This document shows, piece by piece, positions 12,111 through 23,970 of a stretch of 64,000 bases of DNA. The translations under genes were made by a program, and so were the position numbers. The stretch comes from Phoronis australis (taxonomy: Eukaryota > Animalia > Phoronida): NCBI GenBank assembly GCA_002633005.1, contig NMRA01000016.1, forward strand, positions 1,649,860 to 1,713,859. The letters run 5' to 3'. The notes under the pieces are model-generated. The model was not told the origin of the DNA and ran no database searches. It saw nothing but the letters and a program-made list of their open reading frames with translations. How positions within the stretch are numbered: position 1 is the stretch's first letter; every line of letters starts with the position of its first letter.

Positions 12111-12597
12111 CATGAGGAATTTTCAGCCCCGTTAAACCATGACTCGGCATCTGTTGAACTCTTTGTCATGGCTGCGCCATTTAGTGAAAATGAGTCGAAC
12201 AGGAGGGTTATTTTTCATCGGTTTCAAAATAACAAACTACTGAGACAAGTCAACACTGGCGACACAAACTGAACGCCATTGGTCGTGTGGCTCAAAATTT
12301 AAGTGGTGGTGGGGGTCCGCGCGAAATTGGCGAAGACCGCGTGGTAGGGATCTCCATCCCTCTCTTGCGCCCTGGCGGCATTTATATTACTTTTCAATAA
12401 TGCCTTGGTTCAGTCAGACGCAGTCACTCATCGCGTTATTGCATACACTGTGGAGTAACAGCATGCGAAACTCAGTAACGTCGTTTTCGTTAGAATAATT
12501 AAGTAAAAAGGAAGCGGGATGGCGAACGAAGAATTGATGAAATGTGTAATGTTGAACGGTGAGCTTTCATGACGTGCACAAGGAGAGGGACCCTAAC

Positions 12598-13004
12598 TCA
12601 TTTAATGCCTACGTGAAGGCATGTATCAAAAAAGTGTTCGCGATACTGATTAGCTGTGCGAAAACGTTGCTTTGGAAACTTAAAACAATGTATGCGAGCC
12701 TGCTGAAGTCCGATTGGAACCCATTGTGTATTGTAATTAGTCCACTCAACATTCTCCATTCCGGAGCAGCAAAGCTGTTTGGCTTGTGTGCCATTCTCTT
12801 GCCCGGTGGAAATGTTGAAGACCATATTACTTTTGTCTTTATCTGACGATTAACTCGGGCATGCGTAGTGGCCATCCTATGGACTGGTACCCAGCAGAGA
12901 TTAAACGGCTCCGATCTGTTCTGGCTCATGATTGGAAAATAATATCGAAGGACTTGGCAACGAAGGCTGGTCCTCCCAAAAAAGGCACACATTAATCCCC
13001 TCAT
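12598..13004 (-). pseudogene. Possible highly decayed RNase H plus C-terminal zinc-knuckle region of an I-group LINE
   Basis: LCWVPVHRMATTHARVNRQIK has the spacing of the RNase H motif WVPxHxGIxGNExADxxAK. A downstream frame gives QARIHC...EHFFDTC, resembling RLRIGH...EHILxxC. Confidence 0.35.
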
Positions 13005-14141
13005 GGCGGTGAACGTCTTTTACTTTTAACTCAATGTTTTTGTCCCCTGTGTATAGGCAAAGCAGTTCTAATCTCATTGTCCGCGTATACTATGCTGGTG
13101 TTAGTTCGTAATATTGCGACATCTATCAGGCTAGTCAACTCACGTGACTCAAATAAGAAAGTCGCAAAAGGCAGGAAATCGGTTGTATTTACGGCTTGCA
13201 CCAAGCCGATAGCGCGCTGGCTGAAATGAGGCTATAGCGTCCACCGCACTAGAAATTCTTGGTGTCCTGGCAATTGACATCTGCAGCACCTTCGTTGTCA
13301 CCACACGAGGGCGCTGGAAAGGAATGTACTATCATCTGAGCACATGCAGGCATCGACATTAATTCGCTATCGTAAAGTTATGTAAACCCAATGAATTCTA
13401 ATAAAATCAATTCACACTGCATGGCGTCATAGCTCTTACTTGATTCTCGAAGGAATATCGTGCAGCAACTTGCCAATAATTGTCCACACTAACGCTTGCA
13501 GTAAATATTTACTTTCTTAGCATTATAAACGGCCAACACCTACATGTACATCCAATGAAATTTAAATAGAATTGTCAATATCATGCAACATATGATATCC
13601 CAGTTTCCAATTGTACTCTTTTATGTCAGCGATGAATTTAAACACTCGAAATATCACAGCAAGGCTCGTTATTGTACTCATATATAATGTGAGATTACTT
13701 CGCTAAATACAAGGAACGCCGATTAACGTTAAAATACCAACTCTATTAAGACGAAAATATTGGAAAGCGTAAAGGATGGACCATCAATCCAGCTCCTTGT
13801 TGAGTTTTATGGTGTAGCAACGACAATCGATGGTTTTAGAGCACATTAATCACGTGGCGGGTTCCTCAGTGGTCAATGAACGCGTAAACTACATTTTACG
13901 TGCGTGAGATTTATATATTAAAACACCAGAGCACGCAAGGCCTAATTGTTTTTGTGGAGATCTTGGAAGTAATTATTGGTTTACTGATTAACAGACGTGT
14001 TGGCGCGTCACACCGTTGACGGTGCACACACGAGTAAAGCTAGTGCGATCACGTGATTCGCTTGTAATGCACGTCAATTTCTCGCAGACTTGCATGATCT
14101 TGCGTTTTTGAGAGTTTTTGCTTCTACAGAACGCAGCCCAG

Positions 14142-14292
14142 GGCAGAGTTCGGTAGCTTTCTCGCGACTAAAAAAATCTAGCCCAAATCAAGTGTTCTCA
14201 TTTAAAATACGCAGCAGTTTCGCGCGCAGTCTCGCGAAGTCTTGCTTTTTAACGAGGTCCTAGCGCAGGTCCTAGGGTTACTGAACTCTACC
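14142..14292. mobile_element. PIF/Harbinger-like MITE, family H1, copy 1
   Basis: TIR GGCAGAGTTCGGTA / TACTGAACTCTACC with flanks CAG/CAA. The internal CTCGCGAAGTCTTGCTTTTTA..AGGTCCTAG is shared with 21917-22066 and 41413-41563. Confidence 0.8.
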
Positions 14293-14320
14293 CAAGTCTC
14301 GTGGAGTTGGTCATGCGGTG

Positions 14321-14403
14321 AAGTGACGTCACTTATAAACTGGCGCATTGATTGGGTTGCAGCGCTGTATAAGACACGCGGGCAGAGACGAGATGAATTA
14401 GTT
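14321..14403 (+). promoter_or_regulatory. Candidate Pol II core promoter (CRE, CCAAT, TATA-like box, Inr)
   Basis: Palindrome AAGTGACGTCACTT at 14321-14334, reverse CCAAT (ATTGG) at 14351-14355, and TATAAG at 14368-14373. The Inr-like TTAGTT has its A at 14400, 32 nt from the TATA start. Confidence 0.55.
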
Positions 14404-14491
14404 CGGCCTGACTCAAGTATTTAATCATTTTTGCTGCGTGTGTTTTAGTAAGAGGATACGAGGCTTTACTGTGTATCGCATTCTCAGTTAG
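14400..14491 (+). other. Candidate non-coding first exon ending in a consensus splice donor
   Basis: TAG|GTGAGT at 14491/14492, about 90 nt after the Inr; no ATG in the segment. Confidence 0.5.
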
Positions 14492-15135
14492 GTGAGTAAT
14501 AGTTTACGTGACCAGGATGCACAGTTTCAAGAAAGCTATTGAATGTATTCATCGAGATCTACTGATAAACTAGATATGTGCGTTGTAGCGTGCATAATAC
14601 ACATAAACATTACGTCTAACTAATGGAGAATCATTTAAAATATGGCACTATGGTACTCATCATTGGCGAAGAACTTTGACGGTCATCTATTTATTTATAT
14701 CATTGATGAAGCACGCTGGGGTTCTACTAATGTGTTGGTTGTATATACAGCTATCAACACGACAACACTCTAATCATTGGAAACGATTTGAGGACCAGGT
14801 TAAGGTATGACTACGTCATCAGTTAATTTGTGTTTTTGCTTAGTAATAAATATCTCTTATCACGACATCCAACGTAGAGCAACTGGTCTAATTTATTTTT
14901 GCAAACTTTAAAGCGCATTCATTCGTGAATGAGTTTGTGTGCCCACATATACCCACAGTCAAATAGGTAACGATGAAATATACGATGTATATAATTCTCT
15001 CAGATCAGTTATCGTCAGGAAGGTGGTCAGGTTAAGTAAATCTAAGGCACTTGACTCTCTAAACTGGTGAAGCCTATCGACTCGTCGAAAACGACACATT
15101 GTTGTATATTTTGATAAAAACAACTGGTTTTCATC

Positions 15136-15438
15136 GTGACCTGTAATCACAGAAAAAGTGCACCAGATCATTTTGGAAAGATTGTTGTATGTATATTCAA
15201 GGTAGTCCCCGGAATCAATTATTTGTCTATCCTGGAAATTTTAAATTGCTGCACAAAACCCAACACTCGCCCGCTACTCAGAAATACTACTGACTATCTC
15301 ATTCCTCGCTATTACTGGGCCTCTTTCAGGAAATCCATGATTCCCATTGCAATCACACATTGGAAAGCACTCCAACACAATTTAACAACTGCTGGACCAA
15401 TATCCGCCCTGAAACGAACTCAGGACTCACTTCGATAA
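15136..15438 (+). pseudogene. Decayed CR1/L2-type LINE ORF2 C-terminal fragment
   Basis: LLRNTTDYLIPR...SFRKSMIPIAITHWKAL...ISALKR resembles the CR1 C-terminal pattern YNLR...SFxPxxIxxWNxLP...FK. Confidence 0.55.
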
Positions 15439-16599
15439 CTTTTTCACAATAACTCCGTCAAATCTTGTCCCAAAAATCCCCTGTCGTAGTGAGATCATTC
15501 TAAATCGCTTCCGATCCCCTCTGTATCCTAACGTTTATCTCTACGTTTTTCGTTGAATTCTTAATTTTAATGAAATAGCTTACCTGTTGTAAGTCCTGAA
15601 TAATCATCGTAATATTTCCAATGTTTATTCCACTTTACCAAATAGCAAACTTAAGGTCTAATTCCTCCTGTATGATTCGTCTTCAGTACATATTGTTTCC
15701 AATCAGACCCTTGTTGAAGTAGTCGCAGATGTTGTCTGTAATTATAAAAAAACATTTTGGTTGATAGTAGTATTTCATCTGGATATAAGTAAATGTGTAC
15801 ATGCATCTACATGTGTGTGCGCGCGCGCGTGTGCTTGTATGTACATGTATCTATATTATATTCGTGAATGTATTTAACCATTTGTGTCATTTGGCGAAAA
15901 TAAGTTTGAGGTACCAAAGTTAATTTTCTCTCTGCGATAGTTGTAATCGTGATCGTATTCATATATATTGCTATCTTAACCATTCCTATGTCTGCATATA
16001 ATCTTTTCGATTCGATTTGCGGACAGACAAGTTTATTCTGTTAGACGAAATAAACAGTGTTAAAGGTTAAGTAATAGTTGAAATAGCAGCCGTCGGGTGG
16101 CGTGCGCTTAGTACACACTCGAACCTCATGCGTATGTATAACAATACTATATGATTTGTTTTAACAATTGGTTGCCGGCACTTTTCAATCGCCTTAATTA
16201 AGCAGCGACCTTTTTGATAACGTTCGTTTGACTTTTGTGATGCAAATACGACCAGCCAATCACAGAGTAGATGTTTGCAATGTGAACCAATAGATTACCA
16301 TGTTGTTTGCCAACTTACATTTGACATTAGAATGCTGTTCCACTGTTGGACATGCGATTTTGTAATTGCTATATCATCTTATTTTGACGGTAATATAATA
16401 ATAGCAAACAAATTATCTTACATTCTGACTCTATCTTACATTCTGGGTCTATTATCCTGACAAAAATTAGTTAATGGCAACGATTTTTTGAATACTTCTT
16501 CATGTTCAACGTAAAATTTTTGAGAGTTTTAACTCAAAAGTTTACCCACCAGTTTGACTCCACCGACTTTGTTGGATATCGTAACAAGCTTTAATTTCG

Positions 16600-17960
16600 T
16601 GGCAGTTGAAATTAACAACGTAATTAGCCAATAATTGGAATACAGTTGTTATTACGCAATAAGGATTTACGTACCTTGTTAATGTTTTCGGCATTCACTC
16701 TGAGGCCTTTCTCAAACTAATGTTGACGTGAGAGGCTGGGACCGTACGTGTGACGTCATCCGGAGTTGGGACATCTGACAGACGTCTCGGTACGCAGTGG
16801 ATATACACGTTTGATAGAGCGTACTGTCCAATGTCTCTATTCATGGAGAAGCCTTGTTTTTTAATTTGGAAAGCTTTTCGTATCCATCTTGTGCTTGTGT
16901 TCGTGTCTCGGGACAAAATTTTGCAACTGTCCGAATCAATGACATGATTAAACTGTATAGTAAGATCAGTGACTGCCAAGCTGTGGTACTCGGACTGAGA
17001 AGCCCATTTATGGTTACGTGTGTAAGAACGGTGTTCCTCAGACTCCACATCTTTGCGATGTTCGGAAAGACGAGTCCCGAGTTTCCTACCAGTCTCACCG
17101 ACATAAGTACTATCACAGATGGCGCACGGTATCTGATAAACTACACCGGTGTTGTCCTCAAAACTCCGTTTGTCGTTGGGATGCACAATAAAATTTCTGA
17201 TCCTGACCGGTTTAGCAGAAATGTTATTGTTTTTCATTACACACTGGCACTCCTCTATGATCCCCTTGACGTAAGGTAACGCTACACTCCCGATGGTGTC
17301 TCTAGGTCTTTTCGAAATGATTACTTGGGATAATCGCAAACGGCAAGAGGGTTCTAAATGTGCTGGCGCTCAGTGATTTTGTCGAGAGGAACATTAACAC
17401 TGACATCTATCAAACAGGGTTCGTATAGCCTAACTCCTAACTTTGGTGTAATGTATGATTAGACGAAAATTTCAAATATTGGTCTGTATGTGAATTTTTC
17501 TGATCCCCAGAAGTTTAACTGATTCGTCGTCCTTTCTGACAATGAGTGTGTTTAGAAAGGGGTACCATCTGATTTCATCTCGTATGTAAACTAAGTGCTG
17601 CTCGATTTGTCTACCTTGTTCAGATGGTGTGTTAGACGAGACACTTGGTCACTCCGCACAGCCCCCAGGATATCGTTCACATAATGATTCCACAGTCTGG
17701 GCTTCGCATCCAGCGGGACACTGACTAGGGGTTGTTTCTCAAAGTGCTCCATAAAAAGATTGGCAACGAGAGGAGAAACAGGGCTACCCATGGCTATGCC
17801 GAACCTCTGTGTAGACTACATAATAGACGTGGTTAAACTGGAAATACGTAGTGGTGAGCTGAAACTCCAACAAAAGTATAATGCCACTGATAATATTCAC
17901 CATATTAATAAAAAGGGTAGTAGCGCGTCCGCCATTACATATTTTGATAGATGCGCTGGA
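16600..17960 (-). mobile_element. Penelope-like retroelement, 5'-truncated and frameshifted (RT plus C-terminal GIY-YIG endonuclease)
   Basis: RT motifs LLEFQLTTTYFQFN, GIAMGSPVSPLVANLFMEHFE and HYVNDI (decayed YVDD). The ORF at 16695-17339 has LPYVKG and GVVYQIPC..C..TYVGETGRKLGTRLSEH (GIY-YIG), ending ..MNRDIG. Confidence 0.93.
16674..16722 (-). ncRNA. Degenerate minimal type I hammerhead ribozyme motif in the PLE terminal repeat
   Basis: The minus strand reads cauuagu-UUGAGAA-a-GGC-cucagagugaau-GCC-GAAA-aca-UUA-acaagg, overlapping the ORF stop codon. This is the usual position of PLE hammerheads. Confidence 0.5.
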
Positions 17961-19032
17961 AGATTGGAATGGTTCGCAATCTTGCCACTGCGTGACGCAC
18001 GTGATTACAGCTGCTCTGGAGAGGTTTTCAATCCTCGCTGGTTCACTACGTGTCCGCAAGGGGTACAGAACACGCTGGTATCATTTAATTTTCCTCCGGA
18101 ATTTTTTTTACACCGGCGTTTCTGATTGGCTGGTCGAATTCTCAACAGCTGGCGCTTTACGTAAACAAACTGGCATGACTGATGGAGGATGTGTATTAAT
18201 GTGGATTATAGTTTGTGGTCTGTTGTGCAGACAAATCGGTGGTTAATTCACGTTTAAGAAATGTGAATGGTAAAGTTGTGGTTGTGCCTTTTCGGAGTGC
18301 ATTTTTCTACTGTCGCTGACTTTTGTTGCTGTCCTGCATTCACGCAGTACGAATAGCACACCTCAATCGGCCAGATGTGTGTTTATTGTGCATACATGTG
18401 CTTCAAGCACGTGGCAATTAAACATTACTGCAGGAACGAAATATTTACTGTCAGGCCACTTGCATGACAAAGCTAATCGTTCACAGTTCGCCATTTTCTT
18501 TCTTTAATTGTTGTAAAGCTGACCAATGACTGCCGAGGTTCAACCAGTGATAAAACCCGTGCTACTGACTTCTCAAGGTGATATAAATTTACTGAAGAAT
18601 ACACAGAACATACAAGGAACTTGAAATAATGACAAACCCCAAACCCAGAAACCGTGAAGCATGATCTGGGATCTGGGTTGTAGACAGTACATAGATGAAT
18701 GTAGTATACACATATAGAACTATATACATGTAAGTAGTATTTAATATAAGTATTCAAATATTTAGATATGCTACTGCGTGCTACTGAATGATACCTGCGT
18801 GTTCTCTGCCACCAAGCAGACACGCAGGGAACCCGAGATTTTCAATCTCGCCATTACGTGACGCGTGTGATTACGTGCTGCTTGACCTTCTATCGGGGTC
18901 AGACTATGAATGACCCGGAGCGAAGTTCAAGCAGCAGCCAATCGCATAGGTCAACACGTGCGAACCTCGCATGATTTTCGACGCATCTCTGAGTAATGAC
19001 GCACGCACTACTCCCTTCTTTTACTTATATTA

Positions 19033-19287
19033 TGGAGGGGGAGGGGCTCGGGGGGCTCGAACGAGCCCCCCATTTGGCGAAGTGGGCAAAAAGGTCCGCC
19101 TCCGAGAAACAAAAAGTCCGAGAAAACGAGACAAAAGTCCACTGAAAAGGCACACACGCTCAGTGAAGGTGGTACCCCGTTTTTTGTTCTCCCGTTTTTT
19201 TGTCCTCCCGCTTTTTTGTCAGCAAAAGGTCCACATCGCCAGAAATTTGAGCCCCCCATATGAAAGGCTGGGTACGCACATGTACAC
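19033..19287. mobile_element. GC-rich MITE-like repeat (GGGGCTC/GAGCCCCCC, AAAAGGTCCAC); inverted partial copy at ~6480-6650
   Basis: AAAAGGTCCACAT..AAATTTGAGCCCCCCAT..GGCTGGGTACGC is the reverse complement of GCGCACCCATCC..ATGGGGGCTCGAATTT..ATGTGGACCTTTT at 6489-6540. Confidence 0.7.
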
Positions 19288-20638
19288 GTATGTTTTAACA
19301 GATCGAAATTAGGTCCTATGCCACGGATGACTGCCAAAAGTTTCGCAAAATTGAATCCTATTTCCTGAAATTAATTTAAGTCATAAAGACAGAATGTAAT
19401 TACGTAATCAGTGGATCTTCACGATAAAACTTTAATTGAATCCAGTGTCAAATCGTGCGGCAGAAGAGACGTAATGTCGCTAGTTTTCGAACCGCATTTA
19501 TTATAAACGGCAAGCTCCCGGGCGCCTTTTAGTCACCATAAACCCACTTTCCGTCAAAAAAAAAATGATTTAGACCATTCATAGTTATGAAATTGGCATC
19601 GACGTGTCCCTTATTAAAATTAGAGGTGATTTCTGAGACAGGAAGGAAATTACGCTTTGTCGTTGTTTGAGACCAGGCTCAATAAACTGGTTTGCTGCGT
19701 TCGGTCATTCTTTGTGCCTAGCTGGGCCTCAAGGCTCAACAAACTGTTAAGCTTTTCAAGAGTAGGAACCACTTTCAGTCTGGGTAAGGAAAAGGTTTCT
19801 TTGATGGAAACCAGGTTTGTAGCAACTTAAATTTACCGCATGTTTTCGGAAAACAAACTATCCTGGTGAGCGATTGTGAAATCAGGAATACGTGATTTAC
19901 TTTATTAGTTAGTGTTTCCATTTTTACGGAGGTCTCTAAACCCCATCACTTTAAAATGGATTTTATCGATACATCTTGGATATCAATTACACCTATTTTG
20001 TCAAAATGCTTCTAAAAATTTCCGCAGTGAAAGCTCATCTCGTAACTGTAAAGGAGTTTCTGTGAAGTGTGACGGATGGCATAATATTTCCAATTTACAT
20101 TAATTTTCCCTTCCATGACCGTTATTCCAAGTTGATGTGAGTTGTCATCAACCAATATCGACGGCCCTATGCAAATGCCGTTATATTCTAACCTTTCAAT
20201 AAGAGCTCGCTGGCATTAAATGATTAATGATGGGGAAATAATCTATCTCATTAGAACATTCGCTCAAACGTGAAACTGGTTCATCCCTCATCCAAGAAGG
20301 TTAATATGTTTTGGTGGCGTCTGTATGTCAGGTTGTTAAGAGTATTGTGTGAAAGTTATAGGAGTAATTATCTGCTTCACATTTTTTATATAAAAGACTC
20401 GACGATACGTATAGTATATTGATTGGATTCAATGAAAAAGGTATATAAGAAGGCATCAGCTGGAAATTAAAAAACATCACTAGTGACCACGACACGACAA
20501 CCAAAAGATATGGTTATACAGCAGATTACATGAATTCACTGACGATGTAAATTAAGTTTAAAGCGAAGCGTCCGATTTTTTCTGTAACAATGAATATAGT
20601 CACAAAAAAGTGGCCTTGCTTCAGTTTTGTTGAATTAA

Positions 20639-20998
20639 AGGTACATTATCGGTTTTACGGCCGAAAAATGCATTTTCGAAATTATTCAAAATGTTAACTT
20701 TGACCAGAGCCATAAAACTATAAAATCCGTTGTTTCTGTGATATTTTTACAAGTCGCAAACTCTCGCCTTTGTCTGCTACATGTAGGCATTCTCTAAAAT
20801 CAAGGCCAGCGACTTTACCAGTTTTAATACGGTTAAAATAATTTGCCATACCTCGAGTATGTTTAACTCCTCAAGAAAAAAGCCGTTTGACTGCGACCGC
20901 GGGGATAGCCACAAGATTCGTGAATAAAAGTTTCGAAGAGTAGAAAAGGCCACCATTTCAACAAAGTGTTACAATAACTGTCAAAGTAATGTACACCT
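20639..20998. mobile_element. Possible old short Kolobok-like element
   Basis: TTAA|AGGTACATTA at the left end and TAATGTACACCT at the right; the right-hand TSD is degraded. Confidence 0.35.
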
Positions 20999-21475
20999 CA
21001 TAATTAATAGAATTTATAGCAGTAACTAGCAGTTATGTGTAATTCTCAGCGTCTTTACATTTTTGTTGAGTGAAATTTATTATTTTTTCAAAACTAGTTG
21101 TGTGAAGCACAAGACTGAATTTCTGACTTAAGTCTTGAGCCACTTTTCCTGAAACCTAAGATTTGTTACCGTGAGTCTCCCACCACATGTTTCCGTGCAG
21201 ACGATATTTACCCGTATGAGTTGAAACCTTGATTAACATTTTCAATCCATTATATGCTTTCATACCTCCCCGTATGTTTATCTAGATTACATATTCCATC
21301 GCGGACTTGTAAGCGTTATATTACTTATTGACTCTTGCCTTTCATAGAGCATTTTCTGATCCGTGGTAGCCGTTGTACTCAACTTCTGTACAATAATTTG
21401 TAGTCGCATTTTTGACAGTTTGCGTAACCTGTTTTAAAGATAATTTTCTTTACATTCACCAATTTAGAACACCTG

Positions 21476-21629
21476 GGCCCAGTTGCATAAAAGTTATACG
21501 CCGTATAGCAACAATGGCGTGCGTCGCGTTATCACGTGTCACGTAGTTATTGTTCAACAATGCACCAGACGTCATGCAACAATCAAACTTATTCAGCGGA
21601 TAACTTTTGAAGCTTTATGCAACTGAGCC
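21476..21629. mobile_element. PIF/Harbinger-like MITE (154 bp) with CTG TSD
   Basis: TIR GGCCCAGTTGCATAAA / TTTATGCAACTGAGCC, with CTG at 21473-21475 and 21630-21632. Confidence 0.85.
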
Positions 21630-21916
21630 CTGATGAGTTATGTCATTCGAAAGACATCACTAAAATATAAACATTTCGTAACTTTTTGTTTGCGTTGTTT
21701 TACGTCTCATTTTCATTTATTTTTTTAAGTAGACGGAAACCTCACTACGTAGCATGGCATTTAAGTGTGTACACATAATGCAGTCAGCTGTCACCGCTAC
21801 GGCGGTAATTTCAGGTTATGATCCACCACCAAACATAGAGAAATAAACTAAAACATTCATACTGGATTCAGTTAAGCTTGAAAATGTTTTGAATTTTGTT
21901 GAATAAGCATTATCTG

Positions 21917-22066
21917 CCTTCCGTTCAGTGACACTAGGACCTCGCTAAAAAGCAAGACTTCGCGAGATTACGTGAGATGTTGTCGTGTATTTTAAACGAG
22001 AACACGTGATTCTAGCTAGATTTTAGCTAGGTCCTAGCCTATGTGCTAGCGCTACTGAACGCACGC
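21917..22066. mobile_element. PIF/Harbinger-like MITE, family H1, copy 2 (inverted)
   Basis: Ends CCTTCCGTTCAGT / ACTGAACGCACGC with CTG on both sides; it is the reverse complement of 41413-41563. Confidence 0.85.
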
Positions 22067-22256
22067 CTGGTCTTAATTCGACTGAACTAACCTGCGTTAA
22101 AATCTTTTTCATGACGTTTTTAACTAAAATGAAACGGGACAATTTCTTTTAAAGGCCCTGCCATACTGACTTAACTCTGGTCTGAGCGGAGCTGCGATGT
22201 TAACTGAACCGTTCATACCGGCCTCGGTGGGGGGGGGGGGGGGGGGNGAGAGGGAT

Positions 22257-23970
22257 GGGCACAGAACAGTTCTCACATGGTTTGCCTATCACACGTCAAT
22301 GGACTCGTCACCCTGTCTTCAATTTGCCAAAAGCTGCCTGCAAAGAACGAAAACTTTTGAGTCATTCCACATCACATACCCGCATCCATTACGACTTGAC
22401 TCCATCCTGACAGGTGGGTTTTCTCATTTGAGGAATACTTGACACATTAGTGGGCACATGGAACTTTTGAACGACATCTGTCATTTAACAATTTTCAAAC
22501 CGCCCTTTATGTTTGAAATTTTCATTATTTTAAAAATGCGATTTGCCACAACTCCATCGATCGTTCTTAATATTTCCACACTCCGTTAGCGAGCTAGTTC
22601 CAACAGCACACCCGCGGGATCGATACTCGAGCCTCACAGCCATCCAGATTCAGGGCAATTGTTCTAGAAAAATCTTCTCATTACTAGCAAGCGTTGCTCC
22701 TGTCGATTTCGCAGCGAATTGTGTAAAGTAAAGAGTACAGAGTCCAAATAGTGCCTTTCATTTTCTCCAACACGATGTAAATTTACATTTATACCCAGGT
22801 GTTGGTTTGAATATCGTGTATATTTACGTACTTGTACGTGTGTAAAAGCGCTGCATGTAAACGAGGCTTTAGATTTGATGAATGTTCACAATCATTAGAC
22901 AACTTGAATAAAGGTTAACAAAAACTGAAGTCAGCATTTTCAGTTCTGTAATTCCATGGTCATTTAATTTGATTAAACGCCAGAGAACATGGAAACACTT
23001 TGACGCAGTCTGAAAGGTTGTCTTACGTCGTTTGATCGTGGTGTTTAATCTTGGATTGAAAACGTGTACACCAATGAAATGCTGTATTATTTCATTCCGA
23101 AAAACGTATTTTGGGAGTTATTTGGATAAGATAGACTTCTTGAAGTTAGCAGGTTTGACCAGAGCTTTAAAATAGAAAAATCTTCACAGGACGCAAGCGT
23201 CGAACAAAGGCATTTCGTATCACCTTTTTGGGGTAGAGTTGACGTCTTGAAGTTACTAGCTTTGATCAGAGGTATTGGACATCAAAATCTGTGTTTTGTG
23301 TTGGCGATTCCTTGAAAAATCTTCCAATCAAAGTTGATCGAAATCGAGGCAGTGGCACGTGTTTGTTGGGCAGTGAAAGTTGGCGTGGAGCAGTTAGACA
23401 GCAGCCGAGGTCCATTTGCACTTCCAAAATTTTTTTGGGGTAGGTCAGGCTTGGGGGGTAGTCTTGGGGCAGGCGTTGCATTTATGCTCAGTGAATCTGG
23501 TTTACTTTGAACACGTTGGGAATAAGAAAAGACCACTGGTTCGGCTGGAGATGTACTCTTCTTCAAAATGGCGAAACCCTGTTGCATTTGTGCATTGCTG
23601 AGTAGCGACTGAGAAATCGGCTGCGACTTCAAGAAGCCCTCAAACTAGTTAGTTGACAGCGCCTTTTGTTTCAGAATCTAATGATGGCCTGTCGCGCAAC
23701 GGCAAAGAAATGATGGTTTTGGTGTGAAAGGCGCCAATTTTGTATTTCTGATCATTTCTTCGTAGTCTACCTTNCCTTTTCAGTAGGAGAAAGGGCGAAA
23801 CATAGCAGGCAGCCAATAAAGCTTCTGTGCTCAACAGTAGGGATTTTGATGTGAAATGACGCGAAACTTTTCATTCTTTGCATACGCCTTTCGACAGAGT
23901 GGAGAAAAGGTGACAAGTCCATGGATGTGTGTTCTGCTAGGCAAAACCCAATGAGAACTGCTCTGTGCCC
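22257..23970. repeat. Diverged ~130-bp inverted repeat pair (22257-22382 and 23840-23970) enclosing ~1.45 kb
   Basis: GGGCACAGARCAGTTCTCA..TTTGCCTA..ATGGACTYGTCACC..TGCAAAGAAYGAAAA..GTCATTYCACATCA is present in opposite orientations. Confidence 0.7.

Noticed and set aside
11841-12115. Poly-Asn, poly-Tyr and poly-Ile ORFs
   Set aside because: They are translations of the trinucleotide microsatellite.
21630-21660. CTGATGAG...CGAAA hammerhead-like motif
   Set aside because: It is created by the MITE TSD junction and stem II cannot form.
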